Source: Eledone cirrhosa (lineage: Eukaryota). From it: a stretch of 64,000 nt of DNA. The notes under the pieces were generated by a model that saw only the letters and a program-made list of their open reading frames with translations, did not search any database and had not been told where the DNA came from. The stretch is from contig OZ024740.1 of the NCBI GenBank assembly GCA_964016885.1, positions 33,914,001 through 33,978,000 of the forward strand, given 5' to 3'. This document shows, piece after piece, positions 28,090-41,920 of this stretch (positions within the stretch are counted from its first letter, which is position 1; the number at the start of each line of letters is the position of its first letter). Position numbers and translations under genes: made by a program.

Positions 28090-28858
28090 TTTGTAGGTGG
28101 CCTTCACTGTCATTGGTAAATTTATAGAAAAACACCTCCACCGATTTCAGTGGAAAATAAGGGGTGAGAGTGGGCATTCGGACCCCCCCCCCCTCCCTTT
28201 ACGAGTTTTCTTTAACACTTCTTTATCCCTCGTTTTTTTTTTTGTGCTACCAACTAAACTTAAACTTACCTCTGAACATGCTGCAAGGGACCCCCCCCCC
28301 CAGAAAACGGAAGAGAAGGGGGAACCTTATACCCCCCCCCCTCCGAGGTTAGGGAGTAATTAGGGCAGGTCCGAGGGTTCCCCTTCCGTTTTCTGGAAAT
28401 AAGTCCATTGCAGCATGTTTGGAAGTAAGATTAGTTAATAGCACACGAAAAAACAGAAGGAAAACGAAATGGTAAAGAAAACTCGGTGTGAGGGAGAGGA
28501 CTTGAAAAGTCCGAGGGATCCCACTCTTTCCGATGAAAAAAGTCCTTTGGGACCTTCCCCCTCTCGGAGTTTTCTTAACCCCCTAACCCCAACCCGATTT
28601 TCTGCACTGAAATCGATGGGGGTGTTTTATAATAATTGTTTCTATTTTGGCACAAGGCCATCAATTATCCCAGTGCATTACTGGTACTTTATTTTATCAA
28701 CCCCGTAAGGATGAAAGGCAAAGTCAACCACGGCGGGATTTGAACTCAGATCGTAAAGGGACGTAACTATGCTGGAAAGCATGGTGTCTGACCCTCTACC
28801 GATACTGCCAATCCACCAATAATACCATTTTTACTTCTGAATGAAGGTCATAGACAAA
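28090..28858. mobile_element. Old imperfect foldback element/MITE interrupted by a SINE
   Basis: Inverted blocks: aaaacacctccaccgatttcagtg vs cactgaaatcgatgggggtgtttt; cgagttttctttaac vs gtaaagaaaactcg; aacatgctgcaa vs ttgcagcatgtt; ccagaaaacggaag vs cttccgttttctgg. Confidence 0.65.
28636..28817 (-). mobile_element. SINE family A copy
   Basis: Full-length reverse complement of family A, with AATAAT on both sides. Confidence 0.9.
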
Positions 28859-31800
28859 GCTCCAATTCAACTGCATCAGGATGAAAATGTTTTTAAAAGA
28901 TGATATAGGAAACTGGAGCGCTGAAGCAACAGATGTAAGAGTTTCACCAAGCAAGCCTTTTCGTGTTCCCTTCATATATTATATCCAATTTACATTGAAT
29001 TTACACAAAAGAGTGGTTTTTACAGCTTTACCATTTTAGATGAATATCTTCAGGTACTGAATAAATATATTTTAAACATTTCATTACAGATGTATAAATT
29101 TACAGTAGAATAACAAATTGAACGCGACTTCACTTATACGAGATAGGTTGTAAGTAGTTTAATTTCTCAAACAGTATTGTTAACATAACTAAATAGTAAC
29201 ATCCACGGAAGGTACTTTCATAAAAACTATTTACCAACAAATCAAAAATGCAATTAATTTAATAAAACTAGAAACATCGAGAAATTTAAACAGAAACTGT
29301 AAATATACGATTAAAGGAATAATTAGAAAATATTATCAAATTAGATGGCATTATAATTCGACATCATTTAAAAGTAGTCTAAAACGAAAGAAGAAATTAA
29401 AGAGGAAACATATGTTTCTTGATAGAATAATCGATGAAAACGCTTCACTGATTACGAAGGGTGAAATCGATGTAAATTCCAATACATTTTCTTGCTATTA
29501 GAGTGAATCATACAGGTATAGTTTTTAAAATAACTATAACAGGAAACAGAAAACATAACATTTCGAGAATGTTAATATAACGTATCATCAACGTGACCAA
29601 TATTTATAATATAATCGCCAGCTATTTATTTACAAAGCTAATGGATGTTATCAAAACACAAAAACCAAAGAAAACAAACACGTGCAATAAATTAAGATTA
29701 CTGTAGTCTACCCAGCGACAGCAGTGGATATCAAAGTCCTGTTTTTATGTTTATTATCCAAAGAACGTTATATATTTAAGAAATATGTGGATCATCCAAC
29801 ACAATATATATTCGAAGTAGTACAGAAACATAAACGTACAAGTTATTTTAATTAAAATCTATGAACACAACCTACTTATGTAACGGCAAGATTAGATAGA
29901 CACTCATCTAAATTAAAGATCTAAGTTAATTGACTTGCAGAAATAGTAGCTAAATTTCTTTCAGAATATACCCTATTGTCGTAAAAGAAAAGGATTAGTG
30001 ATAAAAAGACGCCTTTCATAATAGGTTTACTAATTAAACATCCCATACAGACAGTATGTATATATATATATATATATTTACACTGTCTGTATATATACAA
30101 TTAACTTACAGAAAAGCATTCAAGGGATATTTGAAGATACACACACGTGTAGATATATTTTATCATGTACAATTTCAATAACAATTCTAACGCGATTGAA
30201 TGAAGACATAGTAAAATCAACAAACTTAGTAGATATAATATTTAAATTCAATTATATTACCAGGTGCCGAATCTCGGCTATTTGAACGGGCCTTTTTTTT
30301 TCCCATCGTTTAATTGTAAATGTCGATAAATTTTACTGCGGGCACATGGTGACACAATGCAGATGACGTCATAAAAACTAATGAAATAGATGAATACATT
30401 AAAAAAATGGTTTTAATAATTTAAAAGCTTCTTAATATTAAAATTACTTTTCAAAAATATAACTGTAATAAACAATTAATTATAAATGATGTGTTAAATT
30501 ATAATTTAATAACAACATATCAAATTAGATACGAAACCATCACTGCATCTACGCACATATTTGTGCGTATATAAATAATCTGTGTATGTGTGCGTGTATA
30601 ATGGGTGATTCCGTGAATTTCTCTCTCCCGTGCGCTGTGGAAATATTTGTGGCAAATGAATTAAGTGTATACTCAGGACATCAGCAATTAATACACAATG
30701 TGTGGAGTGTTTATGTCGAATGTTTTTAATTTCCTTCAATTAAACCGTGTAACAAAAAAATTTTTTCTCTGTTCCTGGCTTGTAATCACTTTTTTTGTGT
30801 TGCTTAGGTCCCAAATAAATTTAAAAAAAAAAAAAGTGCTATTAAACAGTTAAAAGTTGGGGTTTGTAAAAATTCTAAGCTATTCACTAGAATTTGTATG
30901 CTTGATTTTACTAAACGGGAATTGATTATGCTATCCTCTTATCCGATATACTCTTAAGCGGACTCGACTGTATATATATATATATATGTTAAGAGTTTTA
31001 CAGTAGATTGGAAGCACATGATGAGGGCGTACTGTTGTACATCCGAAATATGTATAATAAAATGTAATTGATCAAAAGAACATCTATTTTATTAATATTT
31101 ATATTTTAATATATATATAAGAACGTTGATCGCCCTAACCCGTAAACAAAACACTGACGTACACTCATAATTCCCGCTAAATAAAGCAACCCCTACCCTT
31201 ATCCCTATATTCCATGAACCAACCACAGGCTACGGCAGTCACCAAATAGGGAAGAGGCGTTATAAAGCCTTCATATTACGGAGGTTCTGTATAATAAAAC
31301 TAGTGGTACTTTATTTAATAAATCGAAACCAAAAATAAACAATAATAAAGTTAAGGTGACAAAAAAGACTTTTCAATTCTATTTATAGTTATTTACATTA
31401 CACAATTTATACATTTTCTGGTAATGTCCTATTTTATGTTCGTAAAAAGAAACAATAGTAACAATAATGAGTTAGCTTCCCTTTAGATTTCAGGCACCAC
31501 ACCATCCATCGAGAAACACATTGTGTGTGTGTGGGGGGGGGGGGGGGCTTTGGTTTTATTGTTTGTTTGTACTTTTTGTTGGAACGGTCGGGTGTGATTG
31601 GGAGATATTTGGTAGCTGTTTCTAGCAAGTCAAATGAGAGGAATAATTGAGAAAACTCATCGCTAGAAAAATGCTTCAGAGGACAGGGACCAGCGGCTAA
31701 TGGTCAACAGAGAGACAATCAATAAGGTGGATGACAGACAGATGAAATATAGAAAAGATCGTAAGGGGGACAAGGATAACTGTGCTGGCGCATAGAAGTG

Positions 31801-32367
31801 AGTGGACTTTTTCTTGCTAGGGTGAAGTGAAGAAATTAACGTTAATTCTATTTCTATTTACAATCGTAAAATGTGACATTGGTTTGGGTGGTTGGTCGGT
31901 CAATTAAAAACTCTCACAATCAATATATATATATAATGTCGTTTATAAACACAAATATAACTATTACTAGGAAACTCACAAAAACAACGCACCAAAATAT
32001 ATGACCAGAGAGAGAGAGAAAGAAAAAAAAGGGAAATTAAAACGAAAACGACCATCAATTCATCATCAAGTGCGACATTTGAGGCAAGCCAACACGCTCG
32101 CAGCATTACCACGGATGATAGCGAGGTTAATGCGCTGAAACAATCAGGCACCCTCACGTGCATCATCCCACAACTCAGTAAGGCGAGGCGCCAGTGAAGA
32201 CAAGAACTCCGCTGTTAGCAGCCCAACTCTACACCACAAGCTGGAAAAATAGTTGTTAGATAAATACAAGTATTTCCGGAAGCAGTGACCCCCACATTTG
32301 CCGCATCATCCATGATATGGGACGGAGCAAAAGAGTCACTGACTGTGGTGTCCCAGATGAGACATCT

Positions 32368-33675
32368 TTGACGAAGGGTATGAATAAGAAAGAAATAGTT
32401 ATATAATAGATATGTTTCTTTTATTTGCCACCAGGGCATCAAAAGTGGGACAAGTACAATGGGGGGAGTTTACAAAAAAAGGCGTCCTCAATAAGGAGGA
32501 GGCAATAACAATATATAAAAATAAAATAAAATATAACAAAAAATAAAATTTATAACAAAGTCCTCAATAGAGAGGAGGCGCCTTGGGGGGTCGCACACAC
32601 CCCCGAAAAAAGTGTGCAACCCTTCTCCTCAGGAGCACAGAGAAGGGGTGCTCCCTTGGTCTTTCATCTTCCTCACCTATAGTCTGATGTAGAGTGAAGG
32701 CCCATTCACACGGGCCATTCTCGCCACTTTCACCCATCTTTCATAGAAACGGCTGGGGTGCAGCACCTCTCTCTCCATCCTGATCCTTCTTCCGAAATGA
32801 TATCGGAAGAAACGGACCAGTTGTTGGCCAGAGAGAAAGGTGTTATAGTTATATAATAGATAGTATGGTAATATGTATAGAATAGATATGTTGGTTATTT
32901 AGTTGTTATGATAATAACAATGTTGTTAGAAGAGATAACATGAATATAATATAAAGAATATAAGATTTGGTTATATATTTTACTTCACGTGAATTAAAAG
33001 GTACAATAAACAAGTTACCATAAGTTGCAAAGATTGACAATATTATTTTGTTGTTGATGTGTAGTCTGTTGGTGTTAAAACAGCGAGATACAGATAATTG
33101 TTGTTGGAATTCGTGGTAATAGTTGTTAGACCGTGTTAGTAAGAGAGTATGGTATGTATAGCTCTGAATGGTCTGTAGTAACTGAGAAATACCGTGAACT
33201 GCATACAGCGGTGAATCTTCCACATTTGTGTTCTGTATAGCAGGGTTCCAATCGCTCTGGGTGTATCTGTAGACTTCATGGGGTCTGTTGAATAGTGGTG
33301 AATCTTTACATAGCTTGTTCTGTAGTGGGGTGCTCCGATGTCTCTGTCTGTAGACCACTGGGGGTCTATTGATAGCAGTAAATCCTTAGATATTAGTTGT
33401 GTATCCTAGTGCTTCGATATCTCTGTTTGTAGACCACTGGGGGGGGGGGGTCTATTGATAGCAGTAAATCCTTACATATTTAGTTGTATATCCTATCGCT
33501 TCGATGTCTCTGTGTGGAATGGCCTGATACAGGCCCTATATATAGCTGTCACTTCCTGTCCCCCACCTTGAGGGAATAGCAAACGCATCAACCTGTTAAC
33601 ACAATAAATGTGGTGACCTAAAATTTGATCTCTAGGTATCACCCAAAGTTCAAGGCGCGGACAGATTTCGCTACA
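32368..33675. mobile_element. Probable solo LTR inserted in the CRE element
   Basis: 5-bp TSD CATCT (32363-32367 / 33676-33680). Ends ttgacgaa...ttcgctaca, TATA-like ctatatatag at ~33537, internal ~75-bp tandem repeats. Removing it restores the CRE frame LCPWVRSRCLIWDTTVS. Confidence 0.65.
32413..32844 (-). mobile_element. 5'-truncated Tx1-type LINE
   Basis: Encodes ..FFRYHFGRRIRMEREVLHPSRFYERWVKVARMARVNGPSLYIRL*, homologous to the ORF2 C-terminus at 47230-47362. Perfect 18-bp TSD ATAGTTATATAATAGATA (32395-32412 / 32845-32862). Confidence 0.9.
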
Positions 33676-34189
33676 CATCTACTTCTTACCCAGGGACAAA
33701 GAGTAAGGCTGTCTAGTTTCTTCCCATCACTTCTAGATAATCCAGCCGGCTTCAATACTGAGGGGATATTTACCCGAGCTAGGACCCCGTTAAATGATCA
33801 AGTTTAGCTTGGGGTAGCGGGCGAAACGACCAGCATTCAGGCGGCAGGACAAACCATGTAGGCCTGTGGGATCGAGGGACCTACCACAGCGACATCACAG
33901 ACATTGGCTCCCACTCGAAATGCAACGGAGATGCAGAGCTCGTCCCGACTGAAAAGACTAGCAATGTTGGTCACAGGCAGGGCCTCACTCCAGTCCCATG
34001 AAAACTTTGCGCTTGCAGAAATTGAACGGCACCTAGAAAATTGATCAGAATGATTAAGGAGAGATCCCTCGAATGCAGATTGTCCCACACTCTCTGCTTC
34101 CGTCTATCCTCATCAGTAACGGAGCCTGATAAACCCAGCTCTCTCCACTTTAGTAAACCTTCATCCATTGTGGAATTGATCCATGTTGG

Positions 34190-34435
34190 AATTATCATCA
34201 CCATCATCATCATTTTGCCATGCTTGGTTAGACGGGTTGTCACGTTATGAGACTATATAGATGTGTATTTTGGCTTGATTTCTACAACTGGATGCCCTTC
34301 CTAACACCAATCACATTAGTGTGTGTACTCAGTACTTTTTATCGTGGCACCAAAATGACCATCTAACAGGGAAGACTGCATAATTTTTCACCGTGTCACC
34401 AGCACGACCACTTTACAAGGTAGACTTTGCCATGT
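34190..34435 (-). mobile_element. Bipartite RTE-derived non-autonomous element
   Basis: A (CAT)n tail next to ggatgcccttcctaacacc..tttttatcgtggcacc, which matches the RTE 5' region at 63830-63900. Confidence 0.6.
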
Positions 34436-34603
34436 TACCAATTCTTGAAGACCTGCAGCAGTGTGAATATTTGGTCGGCTGTGCTGCATCTGGGACAAAA
34501 ATCAGACTGTTTGTCAGCCAACTTGGATAATATCCCTACATCCCTTGGACAGACACTTAACATAGACTTTATCGGGAAGGTTTAACAAAGGGATCCCTCT
34601 ATA

Positions 34604-34781
34604 ATTGTTTCTATTTTTGGCACAAAGCCAGAAATTACTCCAGTACATTACTGGTGCTTTATTTTATCAACCCCGTAAGGATGAAAGGCAAAGTTAACCT
34701 CGACGGGATTTAAACTGAGATCTAAAAGGGCCGTAGCTCTATGCTGCAAACCAGGGCGTCCGATCCTCTACCGATACTGCC
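34604..34781 (-). mobile_element. SINE family A copy
   Basis: Reverse complement of family A, with ctataat on both sides. Confidence 0.85.
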
Positions 34782-35030
34782 CTATAATGGGAACAAATAA
34801 GGATTATCATTCCCGATTGCCATTGCTTACGTGCCTTTCCAGATTTCATCCTTCTCCAAGGCCTTGCCACACTCGGGTCCTTTAACTGAGATTAGTCTTC
34901 ACCGTTAGATGCCCTTCATATACATCAGAAGATCTGACTGGATTTAGGAAATCAGCAAATTTCTGCCTGTCAAATACTTTCAATATTGAATACTTTCATT
35001 GTTTCCATATAAACATATATATATATATAC

Positions 35031-35280
35031 TGTTGTTGTTGTTACAGCTCACACCTATCCAGGTTTAGCTGGCCTCCTCCAATGTATATCTCGTTGGAGG
35101 TGTCTTGGGTGTTTTAATGATAGGGAGTCCAGTCCTATCATCTCATTTCTACAGCTGAGTAAACTGGAGCAACGTGAAATAAAGTGTCTTGCTCAAGGAA
35201 ACAACACATCACTCGGTCCGAGAATTGAACTCACAACCTTTCGATTGCAAGCCCAATGCTCTAACCACTAAACCATGCGC
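35031..35280 (-). mobile_element. tRNA-derived CORE-type SINE (family B)
   Basis: Minus-strand head GCGCATGGTTTAGTGGTTAGAGCA..GAGTTCAATTCTC, CORE-like CCTTGAGCAAGACACTTTATTTCACGTTGCTCCAGTTTACTCAGCTGT, and (AAC)n tail. Confidence 0.8.
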
Positions 35281-37353
35281 ATTCATTGACTGTAATGAAT
35301 ACCTGAAATAACATGACCCACCAGCGTTTTTAGTCATGGATAACAAATTTTCTGTAAAGCAAGGCTTGAGTACATGTGGCATAATTTATTTGGTTGAACT
35401 GCTGGTGATATGTTTTAACCCAGACTACAAAGATTCGTACATATTTTGATTTCTCCTTTCTATTATATTTTATTATTCTAATTTAATCTTGGCATTCAGT
35501 AATGAAAGTATTCAAAGAATGGTGTTATTCAATGACGAAAATATTGACATTCTCAATTATGTCTTCGATATTATTCGATAGTGAAAGTACTTAGTTACTC
35601 CAGCGCTTTAGCATCACTATCATTTGCAGTAGTATTGATGTCTTGGCTGCCTTCGAAACTTTGTAGAAGGTAACACATGAATTTCGTTGTAGTGTAGGAT
35701 GTGAACGTCTTTTCCCGTTTTTCTTTTTATCTCTCTTTTCTTTTTTTCTTTTTTGCTCCTTTGGCAAACTATAAACCGTATATCATACTTACACATAAAA
35801 ATGTCATCTAAAATATTACTGTGAGACGGCGAAGCGTGCAACCAACCGCAATGGGACGCAGGTCTCCGTTAGGTTTAGTGAGACCGAATAATTTCGCACC
35901 GAAGAACAGTGGGCGGATATAGGAGAGAACGTTCACTGAAGATAACTGATTCACAAACTGAGTCAGACTCTCCAAGAGCTTGAGTCCGGCGTCACCGGTC
36001 GATAAGGAGATACAATCCTTGAAGTGTTGAGGTCGAAGGCCGTCAGTCCTCGCGCCTGAACCAGCGGGGAAGGATGAAATCGACTTTCTGATGTTATCAG
36101 TGGTGTAGACCGGTCTCGAGTTTTCTCGTGGTTCGGATCATCTGGGGGTGCCGATGGGTGCTTCTCTTTCAGTCGCTCAAGAGAATCAAAGTTACACGGG
36201 GCGAGGGAGGACAGAGAAGAGAGGAAACGGACAACCCCTTTGATGTCAAATTCGCTGAATTTGGCATTAACTGCACGCTTGAGGTTTATCGGTTGCCTGT
36301 TGGTAGGCACCGAGCTAGATGTCAAACTGAGTTGAGAAGTGGTTGGGGTGGACTCAAACAGCTGGAATTGTTGCTTGAGAGAGAACATGAGGGACCCGAT
36401 TTCGGATTGTGCACGTGAAGAGAGGTGAGAGGGAACAAAAACAGTTTCTGCTAGTCAGACGTATTGTTGAATAAACAAATGTTTTCAATAAATTAGAGAG
36501 GGCGTGGCAGAAGATCCAGGATGTGAAATGCCGTGCAAAACAAGAAACACAGTTCGACGATGATTCAACGGAACAAAAGGGTGTGGCGTATCCAAAGAGA
36601 CGTCGCAGAGGATCCGTCCGTCTGCGGTAAAGGTAGGTATTTCATCCTGCAATTCTCAAATTCAGATGATGTAACATCCAACGATTCGAGAGTAGGCTGA
36701 CCGGCTGCCAAGCGATTCAAATCTATGTCATCGGGCGACAAGATTGAAGGGATTTTTGGTAGTTTCTAATCGGTTTTTCTACATACATGATTCGATGAAC
36801 CGATTTTTATTTAATTTTCTAAAAATCTGGTGGGAGACCATGTAGAAGATCACGCCATCTAGCGTCGACTGTGAAGCCAGTTGATTAACTGCCCTTAGTT
36901 CTGACGTCACGTTCTGACGTCAGTTGCTGAGACCACAAGACTCTGACCATGGCAGCTCGTAGACAACAGACGTGCTAATCCCCGTGCAGTTCCACGCAGC
37001 GACATCACACCATGCGGTCGTGGCATAATACGATAATGAACCACTACCCAACCTTGGAGCACTGATGTGTTAACCAGTATTATGATTTGCTTTAATTAAA
37101 ATGTTCACGTAACATAATCTTGAGGTATGTTCTTTGATGTTTAATGATGTGCCAGCCAGTAAACAATAACCAATTAGACGGGATGACCGACGACCACCCC
37201 GCCTAAACGTGCAAAGCTATTCCGAGTTCCCTTAAGGATCTGCTTAACGAGCTTCGATTTGGATAAACCCTGGAGGGCTGTGGCAAAGTCCTCTGTAAAG
37301 AGCTGGTCGTCTCCACGGAGTACGTCGGAGCTGAAGTAGCACTGATTACAGGC

Positions 37354-37491
37354 CCAGTATTGAAGCCTTCCGGCTTGAGCCTTGGTGATGCGGACACAGT
37401 TCCTATGGTAGATTTGGTAGCACATGTGACATTTAATTGTCTTTAGGTACCGGCTAGTGCAGGCACAGAGAGCACACTCAGGCGGCAGCAA
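37354..37491 (-). pseudogene. PHD finger at the N-terminus of the CRE-type ORF
   Basis: CALC..CHMCYQIYHRNC..WACNQC is a C4HC3 pattern with the conserved Trp before the last Cys pair. Confidence 0.75.
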
Positions 37492-38729
37492 CCGATGGTA
37501 GAGGGCCAGCGTTGGAATTCGATCGAGGGAGTGAACTAGTAAGAGAGTAAGCCAGCATTGGTTCTAACGGTCTCTTGGTCGTTCGACGCATGCCTCCGCC
37601 ACCTAGAGTGGATTAGGTTAGAGTGGTGGCAACTTTATTAATCGGCAGTCGCCAGTGATAGATCGAGTCACTAACGGGACAGGCGACGACATAAGTGGGG
37701 ACAAAGTTAGGGGTAATCGGAGGGAAGAATAGAAAGTAGAGAAGGGGAGAAGAAGAGGGGTGATTATGAGTGTGTGGAGAGGAGTGTGATCATGTGAAAG
37801 GCAGGTAAAACAGTGGAAGAGAAAGAGCAACGAATATGCAAAGAAAGGGGAAAAAAACATTAGAAGTAAAAGTTCAAAGGCCGTGAGTTTGTGTGATATT
37901 CCACATAGGTAAATCCGCAGTAACTTCAAAGTGACAGTAAAGAGAAGAAAAAAAAGTTACAAATATGCGACAGTTTCAATATGGGCACTTGGAAAAGAAT
38001 GAATATTAGTGATACAAGATGTTTACAGTTGCAGAATGTTTACATTACTGGACCTGAATTCTATCAAGTGGCCAAAGCTTCTAATTCTGTGAAATAAAAA
38101 TGAAAGTATGGAATGACCTTTCAATCACACCTGTCTATAAATAGATTCAGGTTATTTCAAGAGGGAGATGGGGTGGTGTTATGTGTTATCTCTTCTTGTG
38201 AAGCTAGTGCCAGTTCCTCGCCATTTTTATTTATTTATTTATTATTATTATTGTTGTTGTTGTTGTTGTTTTTAATTGTGAGTGTAAGCTACGGAGGAAT
38301 GTGTAATTGTGTGTGTGATTGCGTGATGCAATTGTTCCCGGTTGGTTCTATGCGTTGTCGCTAGTGGAATGTGGCAGTGCATTCTGGTCCGCAACGAATC
38401 CTTTTAAATTTTTCTTTTAAAGTTCTGTTATTCCTCTCCGTGGATTGTAAATGGTAAAATCCGTTCGAATGTCCCTGGGAGTTAAGTGTTCCAAAGGAAT
38501 GGTAAAATCCACAGTTCTATGAGAAATACTTTCAAGATGCCTCAGACAAAAAGGGAAAGTTGAAAAATTTTACCTCGTTTGGTTTGGAATTGGTAGGTTA
38601 AAAAAAGTTTCCAATCACAAAAATGTGCAAACACTCACTCATAATTACATATGCACTAACATATATATGTATATACATGCATGTGCATTAATGAACATGT
38701 ATTTTACTTTAAATGATAATGATAATAAT

Positions 38730-39053
38730 GGTTTCTACTTTTGGCACAAGGCCAGTAATTACCCCAGTGCATTACTGGTACTTTATTTTATCGAATCCGT
38801 AGAGATAAAAGGTAAAGTTAACCTCGGCGGGATTTGAACCCAGACCGTAAAGGGGCGTAACTCGGTGCTGCAACGGATGGCGTTCGATTCTCTACCGATA
38901 CTGCCAATGATAATAATGGTTTCTACTTTTGGCACAAGGCCAGCAAATACCCAGTGCATTACTGGTACTTTATTTTATCGACCCCGTAAGAATGAAAGGC
39001 AAAGTTAACCTCGGCGGGATTTGAACTCAGAGCGTAAAGGACCGTAACTCTAT
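38730..39053 (-). mobile_element. Tandem pair of SINE family A copies
   Basis: Two consecutive copies (~38730-38906 and ~38918-39053), each preceded by aatgataataat. The second is 5'-truncated. Confidence 0.85.
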
Positions 39054-39344
39054 GGCCCTTTATACCCTATTTAGATATAACTATACATATCTGTATTGGT
39101 CTCAACATTCCTTTTTTTCCCTAGTGTGTAGCAACACGTGGTTGTGTTCTGCAGCCGAACGGAACAAATCCTAAAATACCTTGTATCCATTATATTTGGA
39201 CATATAAGGGAAATATTAGTCGAATTTGATTTTCCGCTGCAAAAAATAGTGAAAGTAACTTTCGAATAAAGAGTTGTTTCGTTTGATGTCACCAATCATT
39301 CTGAGGAAACATTGTGACCCGTAATTAATCACTAGATTTTACCA

Positions 39345-41290
39345 GGTGCAACCATCAGAAATTAAACGTGGGCCTGGTAAAAAATCGACTTACTGGCGGA
39401 GGAATTTTCTCCCATCCAGCTAAAGGTGGGTACCAAGTTGAGATGTGAGGCTGCTGCCAACTCTACCAGAACCTTTGCCTCAGGAGTCCAACAGGGTGAC
39501 CAACTCGGCCCGCTCTGTTTGCACTGGGTATTGATGACATCATCAAGATGGGGGTTGAGCTGGACCTCAACGTCTGGTATCTCGACGACGCCTGTTTGGG
39601 GGGAACTCCGGATATGGTTCTCACCACTACTAAACAAAATGGTTGAGGAGCTTGGCCGTCGGGTCTCTAGGTCAATAGCTCCAAATGTGAGCTCTGGATC
39701 CTCAACCACCCGGCTTCTCAACATCAACAGACAATTGACCTGTTTACAGAGTCCTTCGCTTCCATTGCGGTCCCTCCACCGTCGGCTTGGTGCTCCTTAG
39801 GATCCCCAATTACAGACCTTGCCGTCAAATCAATCATCCAATCAAAGATGGTTGGCCTTGAGCAGTTGCTGAAGAATATTGAAGCAATCGAACCCCGTCA
39901 AGGACTTTTCATACTCAGAAACTACCTTTCGGTTCCTAAGCTTCTATATTTGCTCAGGGTCAGCCATTCTCATAGATTTCCGTCCTGCCTCCAACACTTC
40001 GACGATCTAATCTTCGAGAGACTCGAGTGTCTGGTCAATGTCAAACTCTCTCCAGAGTCCCGCGATAAGGCTGCGTTGCTCAAGCGATTTAGAGGTCTTG
40101 GTCTTCGTAAATGTTCGTCCCTCTCTCTCCCTTGCTTCCTTTCCTCCACCCACACTTGCTCCACCCTAATGAACAACATGCTCTCTTCTCCAACGTGGAG
40201 TTGGATGAAGATCTCCAACAATGGAGTGAGTTGGGCTTGTCTGTTCCTGAGAAGGTAGAGAACAGTCAAAGTCAGAGAACTTGGGACAGCATAAGTTCGA
40301 GGACCAGCTTCGACTCCCTCTTCGTCCAGTCGGATCAGTTTACAAGGTGCCGCTTACTGTGTGCCAGCACCAAATACTCAGATGATTAGGTTGATGCCAT
40401 ACCCGTGGCTAACGTTGGTAGCCTACTCAGCTTGGACGAACTTCGTGTCTCCATTGCCTTCAGAGTGGGAGCTGACGTCTGTATGGGTTTGAGGTGTTGA
40501 TGTGGCAAACTCCTCGACTCCACAGGCCTCCATGGTCTTTCTTGTCGCCTGAATGCCAGTCGCTTTACGCGTCACACGGAGCTAAACCTTATTCTCAAGA
40601 GAGCTTTGGCCCGGGAAAATATCCCCTCAATCTTGGAACCATCTGAGTTGTCCAGAAGTGATGGAAACAAACCTGAAGGTCTTACCCTGTGCCCCTGGTC
40701 GAGAGGCAGGCGCCTTATCAGGGATGTCATAGTTAGTAACTCTTTTGTTTCTTCCCACATCCTGGATGCTGCGGTTAGGGCGAGAGCCACAGCTTCCGCA
40801 GCCAAACAGAACAAAATCATAAAATGGCCATGATCTGTTGGCCAACTACATTTTCCAGCCTTTGGCGTTCAAGACGTTTGGCGGAGTCGGGCTACTGACT
40901 GCGAGATTCCTATCTTCACTGGCAGCTCGCCTAACAGAGGTAACTGGTGAAGCTCGCGAGGGCGCTTGGTTGTTCCAGCACCTCAGCCTGGCCATCACCC
41001 GGGGTAACGATGCGAGCGTGCTGGCTTGCTTCAAAAATCTTTAAAGAGGTTTCCCAGTCCTCCTCGTGATACTGTTATCTTTTACTCTGGTACTGACTCG
41101 GTTGTCCACCCCTTTCGCCTGCCTTTTGTTGTATGTGTGTTTTTTTTTTCTTTTCTCTTTTTCTTTCTTTTGTTTTCTTTTGTTTTCTTGTTCTTTCCTC
41201 CCCCTTTCCTTTATATTATATTTGTTTGTGCTTTCGTTCTGTAAGCATTGTATTATTATATCTCTTTTTATACAACAGTGAATAAAATAT
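39345..41290 (+). mobile_element. 5'-truncated, degraded CRE-type (RLE) non-LTR retrotransposon
   Basis: SGVQQGDQLGPL, WYLDD (39575-39590), GLGLR, C-x-CG..H..C and RH zinc motif, nuclease region KPEG..D, and LFQHLSLAITRGN. Many frameshifts and stops; T-rich 3' UTR. Confidence 0.85.
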
Positions 41291-41920
41291 AGGTATGGAT
41301 ACACCCTAAAAAGATGTTACTAGAATATCATAGTTAATGAAAACCGAATTTTATTTTACTGATTACTTATATAATTAAGTTTTTAAAATCCATTACATTA
41401 TATATGTGAGAATCTGCCGTATTTCTTGTGGGACTAGATTACATGTTATTATAAATGTTAATTAAAGGAATAAAAATAATTGTTATCAAGGTTTACACCC
41501 TTCCAGACTCTCACTACCCAGGCCAGGTTAGAGGTCCATCACCCAGTTCTTGCAGAGTTGGGTGGAGACTGCAATACTTTTTTTTCGAAAAGTCTCCCTA
41601 TATAATGTATGTATGCTACATTATTCTATGTACTATACATGCACCTTTAATGAGTTGTAGTGCACCTGAGCACTGTACACAATCATTTCATTATTATTAT
41701 TATTATTATTATTGGCGACCTACGTAGTAAATCGTATCATCGTGAGCTCCGCAAAGGTTTGTTATTTCCGTTTGTTAAAAATTGTCATTTATGGAAAATT
41801 TTATTGTTAACTGTTTATAAGCGCACATACATTGTTTTCCGAAAAGGACACCCAAAAAGATTGGGGCCTTGTGCCCAAAATTTAAACTTTTATTATTATC
41901 AAAAAATTTCTTTGAAAAAA

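Larger units (their letters stand above)
31980..37620 (-). mobile_element. Fragmented CRE-type (RLE) non-LTR retrotransposon with nested insertions
   Basis: Minus-strand pieces in colinear order: PHD plus LVKQILKGTR (37174-37491); AVNAKFSEFDIKG..EKHP..DGLRPQH (35960-36460); GDLRPIAVGCTLRRL (~35820-35870); CCHC/RLE region (33676-34185); WDTTVSD..LFQRINLAIIRGNAASVLAC (32080-32367). Homologous to the 39345-41290 copy. Confidence 0.75.

Noticed and set aside
30258-30972. Tc1/pogo-like MITE
   Set aside because: The right end looks like a TIR (gcggactcgactgta), but the left end is too degenerate to confirm.
35590-35770. Lys-rich candidate upstream exon of the Acl4-like gene
   Set aside because: No start codon or donor of compatible phase with convincing splice signals.
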